31,809 bases of DNA, from contig CAJPTS010000001.1 of NCBI GenBank assembly GCA_905373625.1, positions 1 through 31,809 of the forward strand, written 5' to 3'. Below are positions 1 through 9,457 of this stretch, piece by piece. This stretch comes from Bacteroidia bacterium. Lineage in GTDB: Bacteria; Bacteroidota; Bacteroidia; Bacteroidales; CAJPTX01. The notes beneath the pieces were generated by a model. That model worked only from the letters and a program-made list of their open reading frames with translations. It searched no databases and had not been told where the DNA came from. Numbering within the stretch: the first letter of the stretch is position 1; each line of letters opens with the position of its first letter. The position numbers and the translations under genes were made by a program.

Positions 1-34
1 CGCAATGCAAATAATACACGTCATGGTATGATGG

Positions 35-56
35 CGGGCGAGGCATGCCTCGCCCG
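35..56. repeat. Perfect 22-bp palindrome (REP-like or hairpin)
   Basis: CGGGCGAGGCATGCCTCGCCCG is its own reverse complement; G:T pairs extend it to 32-59. Function is unknown. Confidence 0.75.
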
Positions 57-212
57 TTAAAGATGTAAATAACGTTTTTGGATAGCTCTGCAACGATACG
101 ACAGCGCAAAGAATAGACTCGCAGCTCACCAACGCAAAGTCTTACTGTATAAAGCCGTCTGTTAGTGCATATTTCGGGCTAACTTTACCTATACTTTTTA
201 GCGTATGGAACG

Positions 213-3200
213 ATGCCCAAACAATCGCACTTTACCCTACGTAGGGAGCTGAAAGCACTGACTGTAACAAAAGAACAGTTATTATCATTTGCCGTCCAAT
301 TGGACGCCTTTTTACAGGACGTGGAACGTAATCGCACTGAAGAAGAACAGAAGAATTTCCTCCAACGTTTCTTAGAGACGGCGTTTTACGCAGGCTGTAC
401 TCTACCTGGAGTAAACGCCTATGATTTGGTACTTTACTCCACGGAAAAGAAAACGGACATTGAAGTTCTTATGGAGGTAAAAAGCACCTCCAACACGACA
501 GAGATGCCAACGCCCCATGAACTCAATAAAAAAGCACTTCAACAACTTGTGGTTTATTATCTCCGCGAACGTGTTACCAACAAGAACAAAAGTCTGCGAC
601 ACCTTGTGGTCACCAATCTTTACACATTTTTCTGTTTTGATGCGACGGTCTTCTACGAAGAGTTTTACAAAAAGCATGCAACTACTTTTTGCGAGATAGA
701 AACTGGTCAGCACGAGATTACAAAAAGTGCTGATCTGTACAAGGCTTTTGCATATAATGCCATAGAAGCGGTAAAAAGTGCACTCCCATTTGATTATGTA
801 GATCTGCGGGAATACCGCGATGCTATACAGGAGGTATTGGATGGAAAAGAGAACAAAGAGCTCACTGAACTCTACAAATTCTTTAGCCCTTCGCATCTTC
901 TCAAGCGCCCACTACATGCAGAGCCTAATCAACTTGATCGGCACTTCTACAATGAGCTGCTATACTTGCTTGGGCTCGAAGAGCAAAAAGGCGAGGGAAG
1001 TAAAATAGTAATTGCGCGTGCACGTAAACCCAACTATGCTTCGCTCATAGAACAGACATACGCCAAAGTTGAACTCGCTTTTGATTCTTTTTTGCAGCGC
1101 GAACAGTACGGAGCAACGTCTGCGGAGCAGAAGTTTAATATCGCCCTAGAGCTTGTAATCACATGGCTTAACCGTATTCTTTTTCTTAAACTGTTGGAAA
1201 CTCAGCTCCTGAATTACAATGCCGCCAACTCAGCGCTCCAGTTTCTTAACAAGGCGAAGATTCGCGATTTTACGGCTCTCAACAATCTTTTCTTTGCCGT
1301 ACTTGCCATCCCGATAGAACAACGCAGTGGCGCTTTCAAAGAACGATTTTGCCATGTGCCTTACCTCAATAGTTCACTCTTTGAAGAAACTGCGCTGGAG
1401 CATGAAGTGAAAATCAGTGGTCTGGAGTCCCAAGAGTGCCTCCCCCTTTACGCGCAAAGCATCTTGAAAAAAGAACGTGTTGAACTGCCCGAGACGTTGC
1501 CTATTTTTGATTATCTGTTTGCCTTTCTCGAAGCCTATGATTTCGGAAGTTGGCAAGAGGACGAGACTATGCAGCGTAAAACGCTCATCAATGCTAGCGT
1601 ATTAGGGCTCATTTTTGAGAAAATAAACGGTCATAAAGATGGGGCGATTTTTACCCCGAGTTACATTACGGCATACATCTGCCGAGAAACTATTGAGCGC
1701 GCGATTATTGATAAATTCAACGCGCGTTATGAGTGGCAATGCCGAGATATTACAGAGTTGTACAACCAGCTAGATCGTGTAGATAAGCGAGAGTCCAATA
1801 CACTTTTCAATACCATAACGATTTGCGATCCCGCTGTAGGCTCTGGGCATTTTCTCGTCTCGGCACTCAACGAACTCATTTACTTAAAACACCGTTTAGG
1901 GATATTGCAAGATGAGAGGGGACAAGCAATTCGCCATACGGATTACGAGATCGAGATTGTAAATGATGAACTACAGATATCCGTGGCGGGAAAACAGTTT
2001 TTCTATACTCCGACTAACGCCGAGAGTCAACGTGTGCAAGAGATACTCTTCAACGAAAAACGTTACCTCATAGAGCACTGCTTATTTGGGGTAGATATTA
2101 ACCCGACTTCGGTGCAAATCTGCCGTTTACGACTCTGGATCGAGCTTCTTAAGCATGCCTACTATACGCGGGAGAGTGATTATAAAGCTCTGGAAACATT
2201 GCCGAATATAGATATCAACATAAAGTGTGGGAATGCCGTGGTTTACTCGCTGCCGCTGCGAGGCAAGTGGAATGACCCGAACGCCCAAAATTTACGCGAG
2301 CTATTTGCCGAGTATTATACGACGAGCGAAAAGGGGCGCAAGCGGACAATTGTCCAAGAGATAGAGGGCTATAATAATGCGCTAAAAGAGAAACTCAGGG
2401 CAGAAGAAACAAGGAATGCACAGGAGCTTGTGCTTTATTGGGAAAAGGAGGTAAAGACGCTTACGCAGCGATATAATGAGGCGACAGCGAGTGAGTGGAA
2501 TAAATATAATCCTACTGTAGTAAAGACTGCGTTGAAGCAAGCCAAGGAGGCGTATAAGAAAGCTACTCAAGCCTTGGAGGACGTGTATAGAAATAACGCG
2601 AGCGCTCGTACATTTGAATGGCGCTTAGAGTTCCCAGAGGTGTGGGACTCTAATGGCGAGTTTGTCGGCTTTGATATTGTGCTAGGGAATCCGCCATATA
2701 TCAAGGAATACGAAAACAAGCTAGCCTTTACACAATTCAAAGCCACGTCGCCCTATTATATGGGAAAAATGGATCTGTGGTACGGCTTCTTGTGTGTCGG
2801 ACTTGATTTGCTGCGCGCGGACGGTTTATTATGTTTCATTGCAACAAACAACTGGACTACTAGCGCGGGCGCAAAGAAAATGCGAGAACGAATTTTAGAA
2901 GTAGCCACGATCCGTTCGCTCATTGACTTCAATGACTACATGGTCTTTGAAAACGCAAGTATACAGACCATGATTTTACTTTTGCAGCGCAGAGGCGCAG
3001 AAGAAAAGTATTCATTTGATTATCGGAAACTCTCTGCCGAACAGATTGCATCTACAGACGCAATAGCATTCTTGGAGAATACTGCAACCCCTTCCGATGT
3101 ATTTGCTCCTGTGATTGATCCAAGCAATATGTCATTACAATCTTGGACGTTTGTTACTGCCGAAACGGATAGGTGCTTGGCTAGTATCGAAAGAGGAGCA

Positions 3201-3995
3201 CAATTCTTTCGGGAGAATGAAATTGCACAAGGAATTGTGTGTCCCCAAGATGTACTGAATAGGGCTGGACAAGCGAAATTGAGAAGTGGACAGATCGGTG
3301 ATGGGATAATGGTTCTAAGCCAAAAAGAGATCAATTCTTTAGAACTCTGTAAGCACGAACTTGACCTATTGCGTCCCTATTACACGACGGAAGAAGTGCA
3401 ACGCTATTATTGTAACCCACAAAATACAAGCTGGATTATTTATACAGACGGAAAGGCAAACAAAAAATTTGAAGAAGGGGAGTATCCTAGCTTAAAAAGA
3501 CATTTGGATAAATACGAGACCGTCATAACCTCGTCTAATAAACCTTACGGCTTGCATCGCGCGCGAAAAGAATCTTTCTTTTTAGGAGAAAAAATAATAT
3601 GCCAAAGGAAGTGTATCGGTAAGCCTTCTTTCGCCTATGCTGCCTTCCCTACATACGTGTCAGCCACATTCTATGTGATTAAAACTGAACGTTTTGACCT
3701 AAAATTTCTAACGGGGCTACTAAACTCCAAATTGATAGCGTTTTGGTTACGACATAAAGGAAAGATGCAAGGGCGCAATTACCAAATAGATAAAGAGCCA
3801 TTACTGCAAATCCCGATTAAAAGTATAGGCGAGATTGACAAACAAATAGTACAGCAAGTAGAGAAAATTCTTCAATCTAAACGCACTGCCCCCGAGACGG
3901 ATACGTCAGCTGAAGAAGCTGAGATAGATTCCTTAGTATACCAGCTATACGGTCTAGATTTACCCGATATCGCCATAATAGAAAAAGGCTCTTGA
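213..3995 (+). CDS. Type IIG restriction-modification enzyme (fused PD-(D/E)xK nuclease, N6-adenine MTase and TaqI-C-like target recognition domain)
   Basis: 1260 aa. N-terminal DLVLY...MEVK nuclease-like motif; LGLIFEKING..GAIFTP; motif I DPAVGSGHF; FGVDIN; motif IV GNPPY; C-terminal LTGLLNSKL..W..IDSLVYQLYGL typical of Eco57I/TaqI-like IIG enzymes. Confidence 0.92.
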   Translation: MPKQSHFTLRRELKALTVTKEQLLSFAVQLDAFLQDVERNRTEEEQKNFLQRFLETAFYAGCTLPGVNAYDLVLYSTEKKTDIEVLMEVKSTSNTTEMPTPHELNKKALQQLVVYYLRERVTNKNKSLRHLVVTNLYTFFCFDATVFYEEFYKKHATTFCEIETGQHEITKSADLYKAFAYNAIEAVKSALPFDYVDLREYRDAIQEVLDGKENKELTELYKFFSPSHLLKRPLHAEPNQLDRHFYNELLYLLGLEEQKGEGSKIVIARARKPNYASLIEQTYAKVELAFDSFLQREQYGATSAEQKFNIALELVITWLNRILFLKLLETQLLNYNAANSALQFLNKAKIRDFTALNNLFFAVLAIPIEQRSGAFKERFCHVPYLNSSLFEETALEHEVKISGLESQECLPLYAQSILKKERVELPETLPIFDYLFAFLEAYDFGSWQEDETMQRKTLINASVLGLIFEKINGHKDGAIFTPSYITAYICRETIERAIIDKFNARYEWQCRDITELYNQLDRVDKRESNTLFNTITICDPAVGSGHFLVSALNELIYLKHRLGILQDERGQAIRHTDYEIEIVNDELQISVAGKQFFYTPTNAESQRVQEILFNEKRYLIEHCLFGVDINPTSVQICRLRLWIELLKHAYYTRESDYKALETLPNIDINIKCGNAVVYSLPLRGKWNDPNAQNLRELFAEYYTTSEKGRKRTIVQEIEGYNNALKEKLRAEETRNAQELVLYWEKEVKTLTQRYNEATASEWNKYNPTVVKTALKQAKEAYKKATQALEDVYRNNASARTFEWRLEFPEVWDSNGEFVGFDIVLGNPPYIKEYENKLAFTQFKATSPYYMGKMDLWYGFLCVGLDLLRADGLLCFIATNNWTTSAGAKKMRERILEVATIRSLIDFNDYMVFENASIQTMILLLQRRGAEEKYSFDYRKLSAEQIASTDAIAFLENTATPSDVFAPVIDPSNMSLQSWTFVTAETDRCLASIERGAQFFRENEIAQGIVCPQDVLNRAGQAKLRSGQIGDGIMVLSQKEINSLELCKHELDLLRPYYTTEEVQRYYCNPQNTSWIIYTDGKANKKFEEGEYPSLKRHLDKYETVITSSNKPYGLHRARKESFFLGEKIICQRKCIGKPSFAYAAFPTYVSATFYVIKTERFDLKFLTGLLNSKLIAFWLRHKGKMQGRNYQIDKEPLLQIPIKSIGEIDKQIVQQVEKILQSKRTAPETDTSAEEAEIDSLVYQLYGLDLPDIAIIEKGS

Positions 3996-4293
3996 TATAC
4001 GGCGGGATTTTGAACTCTTGCAACTAGTTCTCGAGCCTGTTTGCACCTATTTAGCGCGTTGTCAATGACGAAAGCAACGTTCAGACACTATCCACGATTA
4101 AAGCTAATGCTGACTCTGCACGTACACGTTTTTGTACTACAAAAGGGACAAAAATGAGACGCGACCCAATAAGAGACGCGGGACGAAAAAAGCTCAATGC
4201 GATGGCGCTATATTAACGCCTTTATTGTCTAAAATGTGATTTACGAGCGGAGGCACGCGTTGCACTCCAAAGTCGTGAAGCGTTTGGTGTTAC

Positions 4294-5316
4294 CTATTTC
4301 CCCAGTTTACGCGGTGCGACACGAAAGCCAACCAAGAGCTCGTGTGTCCCGTATTTGCCAATTACTTCTGGACCTGCCACAGTGTAGCTAAATGCGTAGC
4401 CAAAAGTAAGGCGGTTGTAGCGCACGCCGCCCGACACGGTGATGTCTGAAAAGGTTCGATAACCGAGTGAGCCCCAATATTTATTCTCGCCCTCAATCTT
4501 AAAATTGATGTCGGCTGTCCATTGTGCGCGCCCATTGATTGTAACTATCGTGGAGGGCTCAAAGATCACCCCGCGTCGTAGTTCAAATTTATAGCCACCG
4601 AGCAGATACAGTTGCCGCAGCTGACGGTAAGTGTATGCTTCGTTGTAGGTGCCAAATTGCAGAGCATTCTGTAATAGCGAGTTCGCTGAGATTCCTCCCC
4701 AGAAACGCCCATTTGAAAAGGCGAACCCGATATTGAAATCGGGGGTGTAACCCTTTATAGGTTTACCCGCTGCGATCAGAGGATCGTCCACACGGACATC
4801 AAAAAGGTCGGTCGGCAGAACATTTACTTTGTACTGCATGAAGGACATCCCAACGCCGCCTGCGAGCATCCAGTCTCCCGCCAGAATTTGATAGGCGTAG
4901 CCTACTTGTATTCCTGTACGTCGTACACGCCCGTTAACATCATTTATTAACGTGCCCGCGAGCCCCATACTTGCATTTCTAAGAATCTCTGCTCGTGTAC
5001 GGGCTGAGGAACCTCGCCGTACACTTTTCGATTCAAGAGGCGTTCCTAAGACAGGATTATCAAAGAGATTGGTTTGAAAATTAAGCGAATAGGTACGTGG
5101 GCGCTCCTTGTAGCCGATCCACTGCTCTCGGGCGATAAGTACAAATTCGGTAATACCATCTGCGCCCGCGAATGCGGGATTGACGTAGTAGGGATTCTGT
5201 AGATACTGATTGTAGATGACTTGCTGCTGCGCGTATCCTGTGTGAGCTAAGATAAGTAGCAGTGTGCCCAAAGATAGCAGGCGACAAAGTAACAACTTGC
5301 TGTACATCTTTCGCAT
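4294..5316 (-). CDS. PorP/SprF-family T9SS outer-membrane beta-barrel protein
   Basis: Signal peptide ending GYA-Q; family motifs QY..N.Y..NPAFAG, REQWIG..ERP.T and GYAFSY...GTHEL. Lies directly downstream of a type-B CTD gene. ATG at 5316 preferred over the ORF-track start at 5343. Confidence 0.92.
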   Translation of the reverse strand: MRKMYSKLLLCRLLSLGTLLLILAHTGYAQQQVIYNQYLQNPYYVNPAFAGADGITEFVLIAREQWIGYKERPRTYSLNFQTNLFDNPVLGTPLESKSVRRGSSARTRAEILRNASMGLAGTLINDVNGRVRRTGIQVGYAYQILAGDWMLAGGVGMSFMQYKVNVLPTDLFDVRVDDPLIAAGKPIKGYTPDFNIGFAFSNGRFWGGISANSLLQNALQFGTYNEAYTYRQLRQLYLLGGYKFELRRGVIFEPSTIVTINGRAQWTADINFKIEGENKYWGSLGYRTFSDITVSGGVRYNRLTFGYAFSYTVAGPEVIGKYGTHELLVGFRVAPRKLGK

Positions 5317-5332
5317 TTTGCCTTCCTCTCTG

Positions 5333-6556
5333 CTATCGAACAATAGTGACTGAGCCGCGTGCTACTTTCTGTTGATAGTTCTCTATGTAGATAATCTCGT
5401 AATGGTAAGAGTCTACGGGGAGTACGCGTCCGCGGATATCAACGCCATCCCAAGGCTCGTAGCCATCGTTTTTGTGCCATACAAGAGTTCCCCAACGGTC
5501 ATATACACGCACTTCGGTGACCTCGGGTATTGTCGACGGGCGATGTGCTGTAGGATCTACGGCTATTTGCCACGTATCGTTAATGCCATCTCCATTTGGC
5601 GTAAATGCGGCGGGGATGCGGAGCAATGTCTCCGCCATGGCTGTGATTTGTATCGAGTCTGTTGAGGAGCAGCCTGCCTCATTGGTGACCTTAAGGCGTA
5701 TGAACTGGCTACCATCATAACCATGTAATGTTATGCTAGAGGTACTAGGAGTAACATAAGCCCACCAAGGAGCTGATGCGTTATCTGTAAACCACTCGTA
5801 TTTGGTAAACGTCGGGTTGTAAACGTCAATTTGATGTTCGTCTTCGTCGCGTAAAAAGATATCAGGACCTAAATCGAACGCAGGAGGCGGATTTAGTACA
5901 GCCTTAACGCCTGCATAGGCACAAGAGTAGTCGGGCAGATAATATCTGACGCGTTGTGTAACCGTGTCTGTAACGGTGTATTCGGGCGAGGGTAGAGGAG
6001 TTGTCGATGGGTGTACATAGAGGCGTAGTGCATTCTGAAACGTGGGGAGGAGGGAGAAATCTATCTTGTATGGTGGTTCGTTTTCGCAGAACTGCACAAA
6101 TTCTTTTCGTGCCAGCATCTCGCTCGTGCTGACCATTAGGTCTGTTTTGTAAGGTTCGCTTAACCCACACTGGGTCTGCTGTACGACTTCTATGGTATAT
6201 ATACCTCCTACGCTCGCATTGTCTCTATCTATCCACGTGATAGCCACACTATCTCCGCGCGGATTAAGCAATGTGATGTTGCTAGGCGCTATATCTACTT
6301 TCGTACCATTCGGTAAAAATGTGTAAGCCGTCCAGATGAAATTGGCAGTGCTATTTTCGCCTTTGACGCCGTATTTCTGTTTGTCGCCATAACAAACGCT
6401 AGGTAATTGTTGCTGCGGGGCTCCCCATTCGGGTTCTTGGAAAGGAGCACGCGTACGCAGACTTTTCCGCGTTCCTGCTTGCGCTTGAGGCAAGAGAGAA
6501 AGAAGGAGGATGAAGAACAAGAATGTTAGTTCTCGGGGCTTCACGATCTGCGTCAT
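5333..6556 (-). CDS. T9SS cargo with type-B (gliding-motility-associated, CHU_C) C-terminal domain and Ig/PKD-like domains
   Basis: Signal peptide; C-terminal IPAAFTPNGDGINDTW...VYDRWG..V...WDG...LP.DSY.Y...RGSVTIVR; DLGPD and Y.W...V.N..GC Ig-like motifs. Confidence 0.92.
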   Translation of the reverse strand: MTQIVKPRELTFLFFILLLSLLPQAQAGTRKSLRTRAPFQEPEWGAPQQQLPSVCYGDKQKYGVKGENSTANFIWTAYTFLPNGTKVDIAPSNITLLNPRGDSVAITWIDRDNASVGGIYTIEVVQQTQCGLSEPYKTDLMVSTSEMLARKEFVQFCENEPPYKIDFSLLPTFQNALRLYVHPSTTPLPSPEYTVTDTVTQRVRYYLPDYSCAYAGVKAVLNPPPAFDLGPDIFLRDEDEHQIDVYNPTFTKYEWFTDNASAPWWAYVTPSTSSITLHGYDGSQFIRLKVTNEAGCSSTDSIQITAMAETLLRIPAAFTPNGDGINDTWQIAVDPTAHRPSTIPEVTEVRVYDRWGTLVWHKNDGYEPWDGVDIRGRVLPVDSYHYEIIYIENYQQKVARGSVTIVR

Positions 6557-6595
6557 TTATTTAGGGAACACTTTTTTATGAAAAGAGGGGCGCAT

Positions 6596-6630
6596 GAGGG
6601 TGTGTCAAAATAGAAATTTGGCACACCCTC
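6596..6630 (-). terminator. Intergenic hairpin (terminator, attenuator or mRNA stabiliser) inside the T9SS cassette
   Basis: 14-bp arms GAGGGTGTGTCAAA (6596-6609) and TTTGGCACACCCTC (6617-6630), one mismatch, 7-nt loop. On the minus strand a short T-run (CTCTTTTC) follows about 10 nt later. Confidence 0.65.
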
Positions 6631-6653
6631 CTACGTCCGTTTTAATTCTTACA

Positions 6654-7694
6654 CTAGTAGTTGTAAGGAATATGATAGATAGGACCAGTCTTCGGCTTAG
6701 CCGTGAGGCGTGCAGTCGCTACCAAATTCTTTGTGAGATCGAAATCGTAACTGGTTGGAGCAGTAAACCCAGGGTCAATGGGATTATCTGAGCGATGAGA
6801 GATGGAAGACACAATACCAGTGCGTGTCTCGGCTCCACCTAAGAAGAATATTACTTCAACATAGTCTTCATCTAGGGCGGGATCTGGTATCGCAGGTATA
6901 TTGAACGTAACGTCTGTAGCGTCTAATACCGCAAATTTCGTTGCAAGAGGATGTTCCACCAATTGTGTTTTCACACCATCAATTACGTAAGTACCGTCAG
7001 TTTTATGACGGTAAATGACATAGTTAATTGAAAAGGAGTATTTGCGCAGGCCTTGATCAGCTGCGAGAATCCCCTCTTCCGTAGACTTCAAGGTCAGCTT
7101 AATTTGTTGACCAGTAAAATCGGTTTTATCACAACTCTTCAGAACAATACCTTTGAAATTTTGGATCTCGGTAATAACTCCTGCGCCTGGCAAAGTTACG
7201 TTATCTGCGGTAGGCGTCTTCCCTATGACTTCGGCAGCGGTAATTTCAAGTTTAGGCTCGCTGGTACCGATAATTTTAATCTTAGACGGCTCGCCGTCGC
7301 CACAGCTTCCTACCTCGTGCACATCAATATCGTAAGTAGTATTAGCCGTATTTACTGTAATAGTTGCCATGTTAGCTGCAGGTACAATGGTGATACCTAC
7401 TGTAGGATTAGCAATCCAGTTCCACGTAGCCTTAAGATCCCCCGCAGGTAGAACAACATGGTCGCGCGGCGCAGCTAAATCGGGGTGTGAAATGGTACTT
7501 GGCGCAACATAATATGGCAGAGCTTTGCCTACAGTCTGATAAGACACATTTGCAGGCGTGGTTTTGTCAGCCCTCGTATAATTGTCCGCGTTGTCTGCAT
7601 AGACTGCACGATCATCTGCTGGCTGTGCAAAAGCAGCGGATATACTCAACCCACTGATAAACAGCCCAACGAGTAATATTTTTCCTACTCTCAT
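6654..7694 (-). CDS. Secreted beta-rich hypothetical protein (Ig-like), no recognisable type A or B T9SS CTD
   Basis: 346 aa; signal peptide ending AFA-Q; Thr/Val-rich beta-strand pattern; ends KPKTGPIYHIPYNY. Confidence 0.8.
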   Translation of the reverse strand: MRVGKILLVGLFISGLSISAAFAQPADDRAVYADNADNYTRADKTTPANVSYQTVGKALPYYVAPSTISHPDLAAPRDHVVLPAGDLKATWNWIANPTVGITIVPAANMATITVNTANTTYDIDVHEVGSCGDGEPSKIKIIGTSEPKLEITAAEVIGKTPTADNVTLPGAGVITEIQNFKGIVLKSCDKTDFTGQQIKLTLKSTEEGILAADQGLRKYSFSINYVIYRHKTDGTYVIDGVKTQLVEHPLATKFAVLDATDVTFNIPAIPDPALDEDYVEVIFFLGGAETRTGIVSSISHRSDNPIDPGFTAPTSYDFDLTKNLVATARLTAKPKTGPIYHIPYNY

Positions 7695-7776
7695 TTCTGA
7701 AAACCTTTCTTTATGCTCTTTACTAACGTTAATCTTCTTCTAATTGGTACAAGCCTTAACACTTTGCGGTAGGTTA

Positions 7777-9453
7777 TCATTTACTGATAGCGCCCTTGGC
7801 GTAGGTCTGTCGCCGTATGCTTTGCTTGGTGGTAAGTTCAAAGGGAAGGTACTGAATCTGTACCCGATCAATGCGCACAGGAGCATGTAATTTAGCATTA
7901 ACGCGCTCTCGATTCCGTTCCATAAGGAAAAAGAGCTCCGCTTCAGAGAGCTGCCTCCGTACATTCCTATTAGGCATAGGCTGCACTAAAATGACGAGCT
8001 CGCCATCGCGTTCTACTAGCAACGAATCTTGTACCTGCGGCATAGTATTCATTAGGCTCTCAATCTCCTCGGGACAGACGAAAGTACTGTTCATACACAG
8101 CGCATTTTTTCTCCTCCCCTTAACGTAAAGGTAGTTGTTCTTATCCAAGTAGCCAAGATCGCCCGTATCAAACCATCCCAGATCATCGAAAGAATCGCGG
8201 GTTACAGCGGTATTTTTGAAGTAGCCCAACATCAAATTCTCCCCTCGAATAAAAATAGATCCGACCCCCGTAGGGTCGGCGTCACGGATACTTACTTCTA
8301 CGCCTTCTATGGGGCGTCCAACCGTTCGCGTCGTGTTGGCGTCTACCGTTCGGTAGGTTACTAAAGCGGCACTCTCGGTGAGCCCATACCCCAGTGAGTA
8401 ACGAAAACCTATGAAGTGTAGAAAATCTTCAATCACTGGGTTCAGGAGCGTCCCGCCAAGGACGACGGTCATAAACTCATCTCCGAATAAATGGTTTAGG
8501 CGACGTCTTATTCGTTTTCGCAGCCTCTGCCCGATGAGGGGGAGCGTTAGCATTAAATGGGGGAGGGGGCGTTGCCACCACGCGGGGACGACGGACTTGA
8601 AGATGCGTTCGAAACTACTAGGTACTATTTGTATTAGGCGAGGTTTGTAGCGCTCGAATGCTTCGCAAATGATTTGTAGGGAGGGTGTCGAGGGAAGTAA
8701 ATGTGTGTGCGCACCACTTAGGATGCCGTACAGGAGATCGAAAATCTGTCCGTAGATATGTGAGTAGGGGAGAGCGGCTACGAGAGGTTCGCCTAATGTG
8801 AGCAGTACTACTTTCCGTGCGTAGCGCACATTGAGCATGAGACTACGCATCGCAAGTAAAACGCCCTTAGGGGTATCTACAGAACCCGTTGTATAGGAAA
8901 GTACTACGGGAGTCTCGGAGGTATGCGAGTAGTAGCATGCCATTCGTTCGAGTAGCACAGAGTACTCTGTACGTGGTCGTGCCAACAGAACTTGTAGCCA
9001 ATCGTGTAAAGACGGATCTGCCGAATGAAGAAGTCGCCAGTCCTGCAAAGAGAGAATAGCTTGTAGTCCCACGAGACGGAATTCATTGAGTTCCTCCCAG
9101 AGCAGTTCGCTGACAAAGAGGAGCTTTGCCTCGGCGTGCTCTAATATCGGGTAAATAGAATTGGGTTTGGCGGTCTCGGGGAGTGGGACGATAACGGCGC
9201 CGTAAGTGATGGTTGCCACGTAAACGGCTGCCCAGTTTGCGCTATTATGTCCTAGGAGTGCTACTCGGTCGCCTGGTTGTAAAGCGGCACGACGAAAAAG
9301 ATTATGCAGTTGCTCTACTGCATGGGCTAAATCTTGGTAAGTGACCTCGCGTCCTGTAGCCTCGGTAAAGGCTACTCGTTCCCCACACTGTGAGAAGACA
9401 ATGCGGAAGAGATCACAGAGCCCCTTAGCGCCCTCCCAGTCCAGTTCCCGCAT
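7777..9453 (-). CDS. AMP-binding enzyme, long-chain acyl-CoA synthetase-like
   Basis: SYTTGSVDTPKGV (degenerate A3 loop), GYGLTE, RGENLMLGYFKN, WFDTGDLG, KGRRKN, PEEIES. Confidence 0.85.
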   Translation of the reverse strand: MRELDWEGAKGLCDLFRIVFSQCGERVAFTEATGREVTYQDLAHAVEQLHNLFRRAALQPGDRVALLGHNSANWAAVYVATITYGAVIVPLPETAKPNSIYPILEHAEAKLLFVSELLWEELNEFRLVGLQAILSLQDWRLLHSADPSLHDWLQVLLARPRTEYSVLLERMACYYSHTSETPVVLSYTTGSVDTPKGVLLAMRSLMLNVRYARKVVLLTLGEPLVAALPYSHIYGQIFDLLYGILSGAHTHLLPSTPSLQIICEAFERYKPRLIQIVPSSFERIFKSVVPAWWQRPLPHLMLTLPLIGQRLRKRIRRRLNHLFGDEFMTVVLGGTLLNPVIEDFLHFIGFRYSLGYGLTESAALVTYRTVDANTTRTVGRPIEGVEVSIRDADPTGVGSIFIRGENLMLGYFKNTAVTRDSFDDLGWFDTGDLGYLDKNNYLYVKGRRKNALCMNSTFVCPEEIESLMNTMPQVQDSLLVERDGELVILVQPMPNRNVRRQLSEAELFFLMERNRERVNAKLHAPVRIDRVQIQYLPFELTTKQSIRRQTYAKGAISK

Positions 9454-9457
9454 GTCA

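Noticed and set aside
2270..2610. Charged helical insert within the IIG methyltransferase region
   Set aside because: Variable helical inserts between motifs I and IV are usual in this family. There are no intein signatures.
3996..4293. 298-bp gap between convergent genes with TTTTGTA-C-TACAAAA (4130-4144) and two GAGACGCG copies (4156-4163, 4173-4180)
   Set aside because: The repeats are too short and too few for a CRISPR array, att site or IS end. No tRNA or ncRNA fold was recognisable.
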